Part shown: positions 25,501 to 38,945 of the stretch, piece after piece
How positions within the stretch are numbered: position 1 is the stretch's first letter
How the letters are laid out: each line of letters opens with the position of its first letter
Assembly: GCA_030704615.1 (NCBI GenBank)
Contig: CM060733.1
Coordinates: forward strand, 37,386,001 to 37,450,000
DNA: 64,000 bases
From: Takakia lepidozioides
Taxonomy: Eukaryota; Plantae; Bryophyta
Direction: 5' to 3'
Notes under the pieces: generated by a model
Told to the model about the DNA's origin: nothing
What the model saw: only the letters and a program-made list of their open reading frames with translations
Databases searched by the model: none
Program-made: the position numbers and the translations under genes

Positions 25501-28500
25501 TTAATGTCTCAGGTCCATGACATTTAATTCAGCAGAAGCTGTAGGAGCCCAGTTAAGTGTTGACTTGTTTAAAGCTGAAACTTCCTGGGTACACAATGAT
25601 GAGTAGCATCAGTTAGCTCTACATTGTCTTCTACTGAAACTGTATCTTTGTACGTAGGCTGGCCTGTTTGCTTAAATTTGTGTAGGCGCTAATAGGGAAT
25701 AGCACCTTGTCTAGTTAACCCTGCTGACTACCGTGAATGAGGTGCTGGACTGTTGGGATTTAATGTGTTTACTTCAGATGCTTCAGTGTGAGATATGTGA
25801 TGGCCATGCCTGCTTTCATTGAAGCATTGTTTGCTGCCAACTCTTTCTGTATAGAAGTCTTTCTTGATGTGCCTGATGTCACTCAAAGGCAATGTGGTTC
25901 AGGTTGTTGATGGCTTAAAGCTGGTTTGCCATGAGCTGGCGAAAGCAGCTGGGGATGCTGAGAGCGGTGCTCTTGAGAATCTTGCAAAAGATGCTGATCA
26001 TCTCGTAACCACTTTATTTGTTAAGGTAGAGGACTTGTGTGTCCCTTTCTTTGTTGTGTGTCAACTGTCAAGTTGGTTAGGTATGAAGCACATTTTGGCC
26101 AAATGAATGGGAATGGTGAGGTTTGACCTCTTTTGAATGACACCATTGCCTCTGGTGTTGAAACACAAATTTCCATTTCCCTCAACACCACAAAAGAAAA
26201 CATTCCACGAACCGATGGGATGAGAAATGTCTCGAATGTTTTTGCATCCCTGCTCTACAGAATCTGACACATAACTGTTGCCCCAGCTTTGACATTTGAG
26301 ATCCCAGTTGATAAATATCGAAGCTAGCCTCCCTACTGGGTCAGAAATCTTGCAACACTGTACCCACATGTGTGTTAGACTTTCAAACGTCAAAGTATAT
26401 TTCAGTTTGTCTTAATGTTCTTCTATAGGAAGGATATTATGAAGGATATTGTGAAGACTGATCTGTCTTTCCTTTCAAGCTGAAGGGTCACCCATGTATG
26501 TCTGCCTATCCTTGAATGCATTTGTGCTTCATCTCCTTTCAGCTAGAGACGCAGGAGAGACCGTACAAGCTTTTGCGCCAGTAAAAGCATTCGTTATGCT
26601 TATGTTTGCTGCCGCAAAAGTATCATATTACCAATATCACATGAAGTCAGATTGAGTTTCATCAAATTACCTTGTTTGTTTGGATCTCCTCTGCCTTGTC
26701 CCGGAAAGACTTTTCAATAGAGGGTGCCAGGCGTTCCCAGCATGTCCTGGCAAGGTCTCACAGAATTGAGCTTGTCAAAGCTGAGGTCAGGCCTTCCTCA
26801 GCTTGAATACAATACCATGAGGGCATGATGCCCTATGGGCATTTGGACAGTGCCAGTTTGCAGTGATAGTATCTCCAGCTGCTGCTACAGGGGGTTGATC
26901 AATTTGTTTTGGCTCCTCCGTATGACAAGAATGGTGGATCTCAAATCTAACCTTCAATCTGTTCTAAACATCTTCTAACCAGTTTGTTGGGAAGATGGTG
27001 ATGAGGTTTATGCCCAGCCCAGTGTGTCCCACGGGTACCATTATCAGGGTCCTTGAGTTGGTCAATGTCCTTGAGTAGTAACATCTGTTGGAAGCGTGTT
27101 GAAAAATCAATCGAAGGCTTTCAGAAAACTTTTGGTCCCTTTGCATTGTCCTCCCTCACATTCAACACAGATATATCCACTTGTAATCCCAGAACCATGT
27201 GAAACATGAGAAGCAGACATGTTTGCAACCACTTCTCTAAAAGCAGGACAGAGGATGCCTAGTAAATTTGGTTAACCCCTCTAATGTATATGACCAACAA
27301 CCTTCTGTATGTTTCAAGATTTGAGTGGATAAATGTACTCTCTAATTTCTTGGTTGAGTTGGTTCTTTTGAGGGCCGGTGCTTGGGGGTGGACAACGATG
27401 CCATACTTCATTTTCCTAGCTTGCTGGTTTAAAGTTATGAATTCAAGCTAAAAGGTTATGTCTTGTGACCTAGCAGGTAACTACAACATTCAACTTGGGC
27501 CTTGCTGGGGCGTCTTCAAGGTCTTGTAAATACGTTCTGAACACGCTCATGCAGGTATGGTTGAGTTATCGTTATCTTGTTTGTCAAGTTTGAAAGTATT
27601 GCCAGCTTCCTGATATCAATAGCTTACCTCTTATTATTGTAGGCCAGAAATAAAAAGCCTTCAATAAGCTGAACCTTAACTGCCCAAGCTGGGGTGTTTT
27701 CAACTCGCTGTAACTTTGCGTCCACCAATCGCATGGAGGTGGCCTCTGGAGGAATCTCTTAAGATCTTTCAGATGGTATCTGTCTTGTGCCATTTGGAGA
27801 AAACCTCTGCTAGTCGAGGCATGTAATGTGCAGGTTCATAACTTTCTGGCCCACCACATATTGGGATCCTCTTCCATGTGTCCTCTTCCATGCGTCTGAT
27901 CAAAACCAAACCAGCGAATATGCTTGCCTCCCATGCGTCTTTCATATGGTGACCACTTGTTCTGATGCGCTGATGTAGACATTCCAAGTTAAGAAGCTGG
28001 CTCGTGGCGTGAAGGAAGGCACTTTGCATAATCTTATAACTGAGCTTCTACTGTGGCTCTTAGATGAGCGTGTTCTGTTGATGGATGATGGGAGCCAACT
28101 TTTGAAGGCTATGAATGTCTTAATGCTCAAAATATTGGTATGTGCAAGCTTCTCAATATTCTATAATCTTTGTTGGTAGTCTGGTATAGCGCAGCATGCT
28201 GTGTAGTTGAAAATTACTGAAAGTGGAAGACCAGGAAGTGGTAGTGTACTTATTCATATCTAAGAGCATCCTGGCTGCAAAACTTGCAGGAGAATGCTGA
28301 TCGGACATCAGCTTTTATAGTCTTAATCTACTTACTCCGGCCTCTTGGTTCATCAAGGTTTGCTGGTCTGGCCAAACAAGGGGCGGCTGTTGTGAGGAAT
28401 CAGAAGTTTCTAGACCTTGTGGTGAAGTGCCTCATCAAGCTAACTAAGGTATGGTACACAAATGCAACTACCAACTGTAGCCAGACTCACATGTGAGTTA

Positions 28501-31500
28501 TGATACTTTCAACACTAGAGAATAGATGCAATGTTCTCTCTACAGGTTGACCTGTAAATTAGAATCAAATAGGAATCCATTTGCTTTTGTTTTGATCTTC
28601 TCTGCAACTACTGTGCCAGTTCTTTGCTCCTAGGATTCCACAGCAATTTCCTGTGGCTGAGAAAGTTGGTGGGTTGCAGGTCCTTGGTTCTACCCTTAGT
28701 GACGTTGATCTGGATCGCATTCTGCAAAGTATACATGAGTATTTTGAAGAGTTGGGTATGGCAGAAATTCGGAAAAGGTATGTGTCTATTTGGCAACTTC
28801 CATAAGTTTACTTGAAGCTAGAAACTAAACAACTTTAAGCATGGCTTCAGTCTAAGGGGATGAATCCTCTCACCATTGCTGTTTTTCTATATCGATGCGA
28901 GCATGTGCAAGTGGAGTTGGTTTTAGGGGCGTCACCTGACAATTGATGTGAACTCAACCCTGAATGTGCTCCCATCAATGAGGGCTTTGGTAGCCTGCTA
29001 CCCTACCTTATGTTGCTCATAAATTTCTAACTCGCATGTTAGTCTAGTAAATCTGTAAATGTTGTGACATTAGTGTGAGAATTTGAAGTGATTCAGTTTA
29101 TGTACAGTCAGAGGCTGGGCTGGACCCTCTACTTTGTGCCTACTCACTGTGGAGCTCTTCCTCCATGCATTCTACAGAGCTGGAGCAGATGATAAGCCTC
29201 TGCGTATGGTGAAGACCCTCCTGCATGAGCTTGTGAAGCTCCGTGGAACTGCGATTAAAGGTCACTTGTCGCTGGTGCCAATTGACCTGGAGCCACAACC
29301 TATCATTCTCGCCTACATTGACCTAAATCTTCAGGTGCCTACATTCTTCTGAACCTTTTTTTGTGACAGTTATTGTATTAACATTCAATGATGTTGATCA
29401 GAGCAAGAAGGCTTTTAGGTAGTTTGGATGGAAACCTGGAACTGCCTATCCATTTAGGAGCAGGAGTTGTCACATCTGCAAGCTTGTGATATGCTTCCGA
29501 GGCCATCATGAAACAAATTGGATCCAGTGGAAATGTTTTTCACAGTCTGGACTAATCAGCAAGTAGAAGATTTTATAATCTTCAATAGGCACTTGCCTGC
29601 AGATTCCAGATTAAAAGCAGTGATTTCCTACAGTCATGGAAATTCTGGCCTGGAGCCAGTTGTAAGGACCTGAAATCAGACAGCACACAGCAGCCCATGA
29701 CCAAACAGGAGAACCTGAGGCTTTCACTGTGTAATGTCTCATCTTGGATAGGAGAGGCATGGTGCCTGACTTGCGCACTCCTCAACTTCGCCATCATTTT
29801 GGACAGTTGATTCCTCTGCTCCTATGGCCTGCATCCTGCCAGAGCTGCTAGTACATTCTTAGGCCCATATGATGCAGTAGTCAAAGGGACACCCTAGAAT
29901 TTGAGGGCCCAATATGACTGCTTCACAATAATTAAAAGCCAAATTCACAGCCATCTAAGTTCTCTAGATAGGGTCCTATTCATTGCTTCACATGCTCAGT
30001 GTCGCTGCATACAGACCATCTCGTACCTGTGCCCCTGTAGTCTCACCAACATTTTCTTTTGTGTCAGGCGTCTTTTCATTAGGTTCAATTTACTGGTCTT
30101 TTCAGAAGTGATCAGGGAGCACAAATGTGACTTCTATAAATAATCATGGTGCATTTCTGGCTTGTCATGCAGACTCTAGGAACAGTTGGCCAGTCACAGT
30201 GGGCTGCAGCACACAACGGAGCCTCGTCGCCTTCATCCCACTCTGCTGAAGCACAGTTGAAAGTAAGCCAGCCTCTAATTGCGTAGGTTGCAAAATTGCA
30301 TGGAAGCTTATATACCACCATCTCCATCTTATGAAAGCAATGATCCCCTGTTCCAACAGGACCTTCTTTTCTAATTGCTGACGCTTGTCTACTGCAGCAA
30401 GAGCTTGCTGCTGTGTTTAAGAAAATAGGGGACAAGCAGACTTGCACAATTGGATTGTATGAATTGTACCGCATCACCCAGCTTTATCCTCAGGTCAGTC
30501 GTCTACCTCTGTTGTACTTTTTCCCATCTCTTCATGCTGTTTTGTGTCTTAGATCAAAGGTATAGCAGATTCTTCTTTCCTGCATCTTGAGATCAACCCT
30601 ATCCTGTGTTCAGTATTGTAAAATGAGCATATGCTTCATTTTCTGGTGCACAAATGCTTCTTTCTTTCAAACCCTCGTACTGTTGGGGATATACTAGGAC
30701 TTCTCATCCCCAACCAATTCATGTGCTATAATCTACAAGGTGGCAATAAGGCGACTGTAGGGACTGAAAGTATTCCATCATTTCTTCAGCAATGGCTTAC
30801 CTTGTTGGACAGTAGTGTAAAATGAGCATATGCTTCATTTTCTGGTGCATGAGTGCTTCTCTCTTTTGAACGTCTTACTATAGGGGATATACTTGGACTT
30901 CTCATCCCCATCACTGCATATATAATCTACAAGGTAGCAATAAGGTAACCATAGGGGCTGGAAGTATTCCATCGTTTCTTCGCAATGGCTTACCTTGTTG
31001 GTCCACAGGTTGACATTTTTTCCCAGCTCCAGAATGCCAGTGAGGCCTTTCGAACATACATTGGAGATGGCATAGCACAGGTATTCTCTCAAACTCTGCA
31101 TATGAGGACGGCTATAATTTATCATGTGATTGTATAAGAGCAATGAACTTTGACCAGTATGTACCTGGTAGCTACATTGTCATTGCAGTTTGGGCTTCTT
31201 CCATGCTGCACATATGAATTTGGAAGCTGTCTTCATAGAGATCCCACCTTGCTTTTTGACTTGCCATCCTAGCACCTTGGATGAGATTGATTTCATGGTT
31301 GTGCTTCAGTGTAGAGAGGGATGAAGACCATCTGCCATCTCTCAGAAGCTGGACATGATATTTACCTTACGTATCTTGTTGACGCATTTTCTCAGATGGA
31401 AAAGAATATTGCAGCTGGTAGGACGTTTGGAAGTATGTCCCTTGTAACCCCGCCTCCAGTATCTCCACCGACCCTCGAGGTTTTCAAAGCAGCACCTCCT

Positions 31501-32388
31501 GCACTTGGTCGAAATAGAGTGCAGCTTGCAGGACTGGACACAAGTGGTACCAATGCAACAACGGCTTGTGGGGAAGCCACTGGATTGACTTGTGGTGGAG
31601 GTAATGCAAAACCTTTGGATTCAACTTACTGTGATCCATTGCATGTGAAGTCTTCAGCGGGGCAGAACACAATACCTTCACAAGGTGACAAACTCCTCTT
31701 GCAACTACTTGAGCCTCTAGCGTGTATCAACAAGGATTGCTGTCTAAATGCAACTGGAACCGTAGGAATCATGAAAAACAATTCTGCAATAAATTTGAAA
31801 TCTGAGAATCACCAGTGAGCTGCATTGCATCTTTGTAGTAATGAATTTTGTTGTGGATTAATAACTTTGAAGGCTTCATGTTAGTTCCTCAATCACATGA
31901 TAGTTTAGGGTGTGAGCATGCACATATTCACTGGATGCAAGGGTGCTCAATGCATGTGTTTTGCACGAGGTCTTGTGTTTCTGTTGCATGGGAAGAAGTA
32001 ATGCTGTGCACCAGCCAAGCATTGTTATTTTGAACTTTATGTTCTGACCCGTAGTGCTGAGGTGGTGTAATGAATAAACCTTCTGTTCTGAGCAGGTGAA
32101 CTGAAATCTCAAGCCACATTTGGAGGGACATTAGATGCAATCAGGGAGAGGATGAAAAGTATACAAGCAGCAGCCGCTGGAACTACGGGACCTTATGGGT
32201 TGACCTCTTGTGCAAATGGATCAATACCAGTTCATCCTCCCACATTTGGTTTGGCCCTCAGTGCTGAGCCAGCACTGGCAGGAGGGCCCTTCACTGACAT
32301 GGATGACAAGGCACTTTCTGGCCTGCAAGCCCGCATGGAAAGGCTTAAAAATGGAGCAGGATTAGACTTGGAATGCAGCCAAAGATAA
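7515..32388 (+). CDS. MOR1: MICROTUBULE ORGANIZATION 1 (XMAP215/ch-TOG family, TOG domains), multi-exon
   Basis: Start MSEEEKLLKEAKKLNWEDRLTHKNWKVRNE (exon 1: 7515-7674); ordered exons such as GPLFKKAVADPNAPTQEKALDAL, KNKVPLVRS, LPREDISGKLT, GLRSKNNRTRIECV, RAGADDKPLRMVKTLLHELVKLRG; conserved C-terminus TLDAIRERMKSIQ...DDKALSGLQARMERLK; stop at 32386-32388. Confidence 0.97.
24550..24767 (+). mobile_element. 218-bp 5'-truncated LINE insertion in a MOR1 intron with a 16-bp target-site duplication
   Basis: Nearly identical to the 3' end of the LINE at 50181-52483; flanked by tctgtaaagtgtgcag at 24534-24549 and 24768-24783; no poly(A). Confidence 0.95.
30618..31008 (+). repeat. Diverged ~200-bp tandem duplication of a MOR1 intron 3' region
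   Basis: Both units begin gtaaaatgagcatatgcttcattttctggtgca (30618, 30817) and end gcaatggcttaccttgttgg...cag. Confidence 0.9.
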
Positions 32389-32458
32389 AGGTGACTGTGT
32401 TCTCAAGTGACAGTCTTTCAGCTAGACTCTGCATCGCTTCCTGAGCCAGTATTTGAAT

Positions 32459-32590
32459 TCGGGATGCAATACCTCTATGGACTGAGGTCGTGTATTTTCA
32501 GCATCACGAGAAGGATCTACGGACTCGGGATGCAATACCTCTATGGATGGAGGTTGTGTATTTTGAACATCATGAGAAGGATCTACAGGG
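32459..32590 (+). repeat. 66-bp tandem duplication in the MOR1 3' UTR
   Basis: tcgggatgcaatacctctatgga...gagaaggatctac occurs twice in tandem. Confidence 0.85.
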
Positions 32591-33959
32591 TACCTCTTAG
32601 CATGCCATGTAGATTTGACACTTGCTGTACATGCCAGCTTCATTGGGTTAATGTGTTATCCTGCAGGACTGGTAGAGCAGTAATGGGTATGTGTACCATT
32701 CTCCTGATGAGATCGATTGATAGAAAGTAGGTACTTATGGAGGACAGCAAACTGCTGTTCTTTGCCTAGAGATAGATGTTATGACATCTGCTCCAAGGGT
32801 GGTGTTTTTGTCCTGCCTGTAATTTCTGACAGAGCTATTTCACACAGTAATTGTTCTTCCTAAACAGAAGGAATTTTTTTGTTGCCCCCTCCGTTGCTCT
32901 TGTTCTATGCAAGGAAAGGAAGGAAAGGAAGATCAGGATGTGAAAGGTGTAGTACTAGTAGAAGCCTGATTCTTGCGGAAGCAAATGTAAGTTACGATGT
33001 CACTTCACCCCAAAGGGCTGTTACCTTCCGTTTGGTAGGAGGACAACTTGGAAGCTATAACCATCAATTCACTCAAAGACCTCAAAAATCACACATAGCC
33101 ATGATCTCTGGGCGCTGCTTGTTGCTCCCATCTTGTGTCACCATGAGTCCCGTGTGACCTAGGTGATCAATTGACCCAACAGTCTCCTTTTTTCAGTTGG
33201 TTACTTGATAACATCCAAAAGCCGAGAATATATATATGGCATGTATATTGCCAAAATTATCATATCATGATCATTTCCCGAAAGGACTATCGCCATTTGT
33301 TAGCAGCTTGCTAAATGATGCTCTTCCAAGTTACCTATGCTATATTCCATTCTAATACACAACAACAATTGACATACAAAGATGCCAGAGGCAAACGTGT
33401 TCTTCATTTGCAATTACACAAAAATTGGAGGAAGGTGAAATTTGGACTTCAGAGGCTATGCACCTTATTTCGAGAATTTAGCTCCGCCTTTCCATGATCC
33501 GATTCCACTGCATAGCGTTAACCCATTCCATAGCATTAATGTGGAGTGCGGTAGGACATATTACATGACTTCGGCGTAACAAAGAGCCACTTTGGCTTAT
33601 GACTTTTTCCCCAATTGGAGGTGGGCAATTACAGCTAAAAGAAAATAATATCACAATTCACATACAACAATATATTACCTTGTACAAAACCCCAAATTAT
33701 ACAACACCCTACCAAAAAATTGAGTGCGATATGAGCCCAAGAACATTCTACACAACTCCCACAACACTGAAAAAACATGTTGTCTCATAGTGGTGTGGAA
33801 AGAGCCAAAGTGTCGTTTTAGCACATGTGAGGTCCACCAAGCTCGTGGTTCTCATAAATATTAATCCCAACGATATGTACAAAAAAATAAAAATGGTTGT
33901 TACAATCAACTTTTTCTTTTTCTTTTTAAATAAGAAGGCGTTGGCCAATTCATTAATTT

Positions 33960-36900
33960 TTTGGGAAAAATCAACCCCATTGATGCCATAAGGCATGATA
34001 CACATCCATGGGATGAGGGACGAGCCCGAGACATAATCAAGAGAGACTGCCGAACCGGCCATGACGAGGACCAAAAAGGTCCGGGGATGAGAGGACGGGC
34101 AACCATAGTCAACCATACACCATGCAGTTCAATGATGCATAAATGCAGAAAATTAAGTGTTGTGTTGTACCCCTACGAAGAAGGATCAAAATTTGTAACT
34201 GCCTGCCTAGTGAGGACTTTGACGAGCATTCCGAAGAGCCCGGGAAGAAAGACGATGTGATCAGTGATCGAAGTTGAACTTCAGCGAACTCTTGCCCTTG
34301 ATGTGTCTCCAGTTGATGTCGCAGTCGAAGTCTAGCGATTCAGGGCAGTGGCGAGTTGCAATTTCTCCATTCTTGAGGGATGGAAGTTGGCAAAAGAAAT
34401 TGAGCTGAAACACGAAAGTTGCCCATAACATTTTACCTTCCAAGAGATTTCCGACGAAGCCAATGTCCTTGATTTGCCGGCACGGGCATGCTCCATCGAG
34501 ATGAGCAATGACGCCAATACGGTCTTCAGTTTGGATCCCACACCACAGGACTTTGAAGACATTGGGATTCTGCAAAACAATGTCGAATACTACTCGCTCC
34601 ATCACCAATGCAAACCAGTGCAATGCGTCATCCACCACAAACTTCTGTGAATGGTCTCTTCCATGGAGTAAGTCATCCTCAAACTATGCAGATCCTTCAT
34701 CAACTTGTTGTATGAGCGGAAATTGCCAAATTGCATCCATCTGTGTTGTAGAAAGGAAGCTGCCATGCGCTCAAAGTCCTCCTCAGTCAATCCGAACAAG
34801 TGCTTTCTTCGCACCCCAAAGGTTGGATGTGCCATAGGCATATGTCTGAGGTCTTCAGGCCGTGGGTCATCCATGAGAATCAGCTGCACAAGTAGAGGCG
34901 GCGCATTTTGGTCGCTTGTGGCTTCAATGGCAACAGCAGAGGCGGCTTCCAGAACATGGTTGGCTTTCTCAATAGAAAACTCCATGGAATAATGAAAGGG
35001 TACAAATGACCACCGGCGGTCCGCAACAATCCGGTGGAGCTCATTATGCCAATCCAAATGGGGATTAATTTCTCCCACCCTAAGCCGAGGAAGTGTGAGG
35101 TCTTTAGCTCCGGGTCGAATTACCGGTGATGGCGATCGCCAAACTGCAAAAAGCGTCGTGCTATGTGAGAAAAAGGTAGTCTACTGGTCAGTCTGCTGGT
35201 CCGCAGTCTGTTGGATGACAGGACTTCCCATTGGCATGGGCTGCATGATGGGCTCCTGGAGAGGAGTCTGCAGGATGACAGGCTGCTCGTTGGGAGTTTG
35301 CTCCGTAGGAGTCTGCTGGATGACAGGCTGCTGAACGGGAGTCTGCTGGATGACGGCCTGCTGAATGGGAGTCTGCTGGATGGCAGACTCGGCTGTCCCA
35401 GACGCATTCCCCCCTGACGCGTCTTGAATATGTAATGCCGCTATAGCAGCAGATGACCCAGGATACTTCAATAATATGTACTCTCGCACGCGGTCCACTT
35501 CCGCATGCGCAGTCGCTTGTAAAGAAGCATCATTGCTAGGTATCCGCCAAGCCTGAATGGCCCTACGAATGGAAACACGTTCATCCTGATACACGATAGA
35601 GAACTTGGACGTCAGGAACATGGACGTGGACTCTATATTCACCTCATGCAGCGGACTGGACTCACAGACCGGCAGACTGTAACGTGCGTACGTAGGGTGG
35701 AGGCAACTAGTAGACTGTACCAGTGGCCTGGACCAGCGGACTGACAAACGGACTCAGTAAGTAATGCAGCGATATAAAACAGACTAACTGACGAGCGGAG
35801 TGAGCCAGTGGACTGAGGAGAGAACGCAGCGGACTGACCAGACTGAATAGGCAACGTGACCCCGATGATGGACTCAAACAACACAGAGAACGGACTGGGC
35901 GGTCAGACTGACCATTACCTCCTCTACTTCATCATCGTCATCTTCATCTTCAAAGCTGTTCAACCAGTTCTGTTCCGCCTGTCGGATGAATGTGCGTAGC
36001 AGACCTGACTGGGCAACTCTGTAGAAATAACGGAAGAAGTCCGGATCCCTAATTGGTGGGCACTATGGTGGGAAAAGCCCAAAGTCAACGAGGTGCAATG
36101 TGCCAGGGCAGACTGGCCCTTCAGTGCTCTGTTGAGTTTTTGGTTTTGACCCTAAACCGATGGCATGGGTCATGATATTTGTGTGAGTCTGCTGCTGAGT
36201 CTGGTCAGGCAAGTCAATGTCCACTGGACTTGTCACCCCTTCCAGGCCCTGAGCAGATTCACTTTCAGTATCAGTACTGATGGTGTGGGTCTGCCGCCCA
36301 TAACGGGGTTCAGTCTGTTGCGTGGATTTTGCCCTTGTCTCGTGAGCAGACCTTTTAGCCTTCTTTTTTTTTTGCCTCTCCTTTTTTTGGGCCCCATCAC
36401 TCAGTTTACGTTTTCTGGCAGTGTCTGGCGTTCCCTGCACTTGCAAATCTTCCATTGACGGGCCACCAGAATGGACGCCATACCGTGCGCGCACTTCGTC
36501 TAATTCCAAAGTGCGGGGGTCAAGCACTGATCCGTGCAAGCGCATTGTGGCCTCTTTGACAATCAACATTTCTTTCAGTATCGGCCAAGGCTTGAAATCC
36601 CATGGAATCATTGCAATAGTCTCCTTGCAACCCGTGTCAACACAATGCCGATTTAGTTGGATTTTGTCCTTGATAACCTCTTCACAGAAGGGACAGAAGA
36701 GCTTGTCCTTCTGCCAATTCGAGTTTTTGGGCTTCCGGGCGCGGAGCTCTACAAATGCTTCCACTATTTTATGATCAAACTCGTCTGGTGAGTACCAGTA
36801 CCTTCGCTCCTTCTTTAGTTTGGTTTGGTGCACAAAATCCACCCAGTCCGCTCCACCCTTTTCACAAGCATCCTCTATCGCTGCAGAATGAAACGAAGGT

Positions 36901-37100
36901 GCAATGATATTGAGCGACAGATAGAAGTCCTATGAAAAGACTCACCCTAAGCAAGAAGATGACACATAATGGAATGGAAACACCGCAGCAAGTGAGAACC
37001 TCACCAAGTCGATGAACTTCGAGTTGTTATGAAGGCAAGCGTGTTTGCGACGCTTCGCGGCTCACCGCGACTCTCCACACCTGGGGAATAACGGCCGTCT
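33960..37100 (-). pseudogene. Degenerate spliced gene: C2HC zinc finger, NLS, Q-rich repeat, BAH-like domain and partial C5-cytosine DNA methyltransferase domain
   Basis: ORFs 36063-36842, 35181-35747 and 34602-35078 share one frame, broken by TAG stops and a GT-AG intron (about 35587-35918). Motifs: CPFC-x12-HC-x4-C; RKRK..KKKKAKR; BAH-like AVAIEA..APPLLVQL..RPEDL..KHLF; FVVDDALHWFALVMER; motif IV GVIAHLDGACPC (PC at 34480-34485); motifs VII-VIII GYNTTLNFLH[26-nt insertion]MVDYGCPSSHPRTFLV. Confidence 0.62.
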
Positions 37101-37379
37101 TTCGTTACGGTGATGGAAACGCAAAGAGGAAAACAAAACAGTGCAAAACAGTGCGAAGAAACAGGCGCGAAGAGAATGGAGTCGATCGCACAGGGAACAT
37201 GAGAAGAAAGTAGAAGTAGAAGGGGGAAAGCGGGCATGGCACTGCCAACGTGGCGCGATTTCACAGGCGCCAACTATCCGCCGTCATTGCATTGAATACG
37301 TCCACCGAACGAACGCATCGTACTAAATTCATCCACGGTCCTCGCAAGTGCAACAGACTCATTTCCCATCGGGCCGAGA

Positions 37380-38945
37380 GTCCACCGAACCGTCAGTCCA
37401 GCGGACTATTCGCTTTGCTGAGGTGAAGCGGCTTCATATTGGAGGCACTTCCCTGCCAGCGGAATGAAGACAAAAGAGAGTAAGGGGAGAACAGGAAAGT
37501 CGAACATACCCATTGCAAACAGACTCGCGGCACAACAGACTGATGCATGCACAGTCCAATAGACTGATATCCATAGAGGAGAACTGTCCAGCAGACGGGC
37601 GTTTCACCAGACTGGCGAGAGAACAAGCCAAAACATTGACCGGAGGGAAAATAAGAAGTCAAACAGACTTAGTGCAACAGACTTCTGACACAACAGACTG
37701 ACAAATTCACAAGTGCGACAGACTGATATCCCAACAGACGGACTTCCAGCAGACCGCCTCCAAACTGACTGTTATGCACGCGATAAGGGGAATATCCGGA
37801 GCATTGATGGGCCAGCGGACCCACTGTGAACAGACTCGCGACACAACGGACCTCAAACATCCACGCGCATTTGCAGATGCAATTGTCTCAGCCTGGTCCG
37901 TCTCCTGGCAAATGCGACAATGTACCGATTCTGCACCTACTCCCGTCGTGGCTCAGACATCTGCATTCAGCAGGTGCATGTAGATGTTTGAGGACCTTAC
38001 GACTGGATGGTGTTCCGTGACGACTTGAATTGTTTTTTTGTGCTGCCATCCCTTATATAATACCATGTGGATCCATCACAAAGCTGAGTTTCTTCAGATT
38101 CTCCACTTTTTTCCACAACTTATGCACGACGGATGCAAGGCGCTATACTTGGTCATATAAACAGTCCCATCGTCCGATACGAAATCTGCAATACACGCCC
38201 CCATGTGCATACGCTTCCGCCATTTTCGCGCCCATGTTACCCATGGGTTCCTTTAACGGATCACGGCTGTTTGTTGTCCGATGTTGCGGTAGGCGTTTCC
38301 ATGCACGCGACTGTTCCTCTTTTGTGCGCGATGTTCATGATGATGATGAAGCGTATGCTTGAACATGAGAGGACTGTCTCGGCACTACAGCCACCATCAT
38401 GCATATGCTTCCACTATTTTTGCCTTCTTGTTGTGCTTTCGGGAACCTTCGTTTTATGGTTTGGTTCTATGTCATAAATATGGCAAATGCGGACATCTGT
38501 CGTCGATAACGTCCTCTACTTGTGATCCGTCATGATACGTTTAGCCCCTTCGTACTGCATCCCTCGCAGCCCTAAAAATGGAGGGTTCGGATGGGTTATG
38601 GGAATGGACGGTGGCGATCCTGCGCCGTCAGCGGACTGGATGGCAGGGGACTGGCGGGCGGACTGGCGGACTGGCAGACTGTTGGGCAGCGGACTGACCA
38701 ACACCGGACTAGCGGGCAGACTGGCGGACTAGCAGACTGGCCAGCAGCGGATTGGCAGACTGGAGGGCAGCGGACTCATGGGCGGGGGACTGGCCGCGCG
38801 GCGGACGGGGGCGCGGGCGCGGTTGCTGCAGCCGCGCCCGCGGCTGGGCGACCACGCGCAGCGGCGGGCGGGGTGCTAAGAAGCCGGGCGTCCGTGCGCG
38901 GGGCCCACTGGCCACATCGCACGTGCCCATTGAAGACCCTATTAT
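37380..38945. mobile_element. Putative transposon subterminal/terminal region upstream of the BAH-C5-MTase relic
   Basis: Dense short motifs cagact/ggact(g) at 37390-37860 and 38630-38790 (also in the 35700-35910 intron); very GC-rich end at 38790-38940 with an abrupt change to AT-rich DNA. No partner TIR found, so the superfamily is unassigned. Confidence 0.45.

Noticed and set aside
34760-34810. HLFGL..GGL as C5-MTase motif I
   Set aside because: It needs an extra frameshift and two stops; the open frame fits the end of a BAH domain better.
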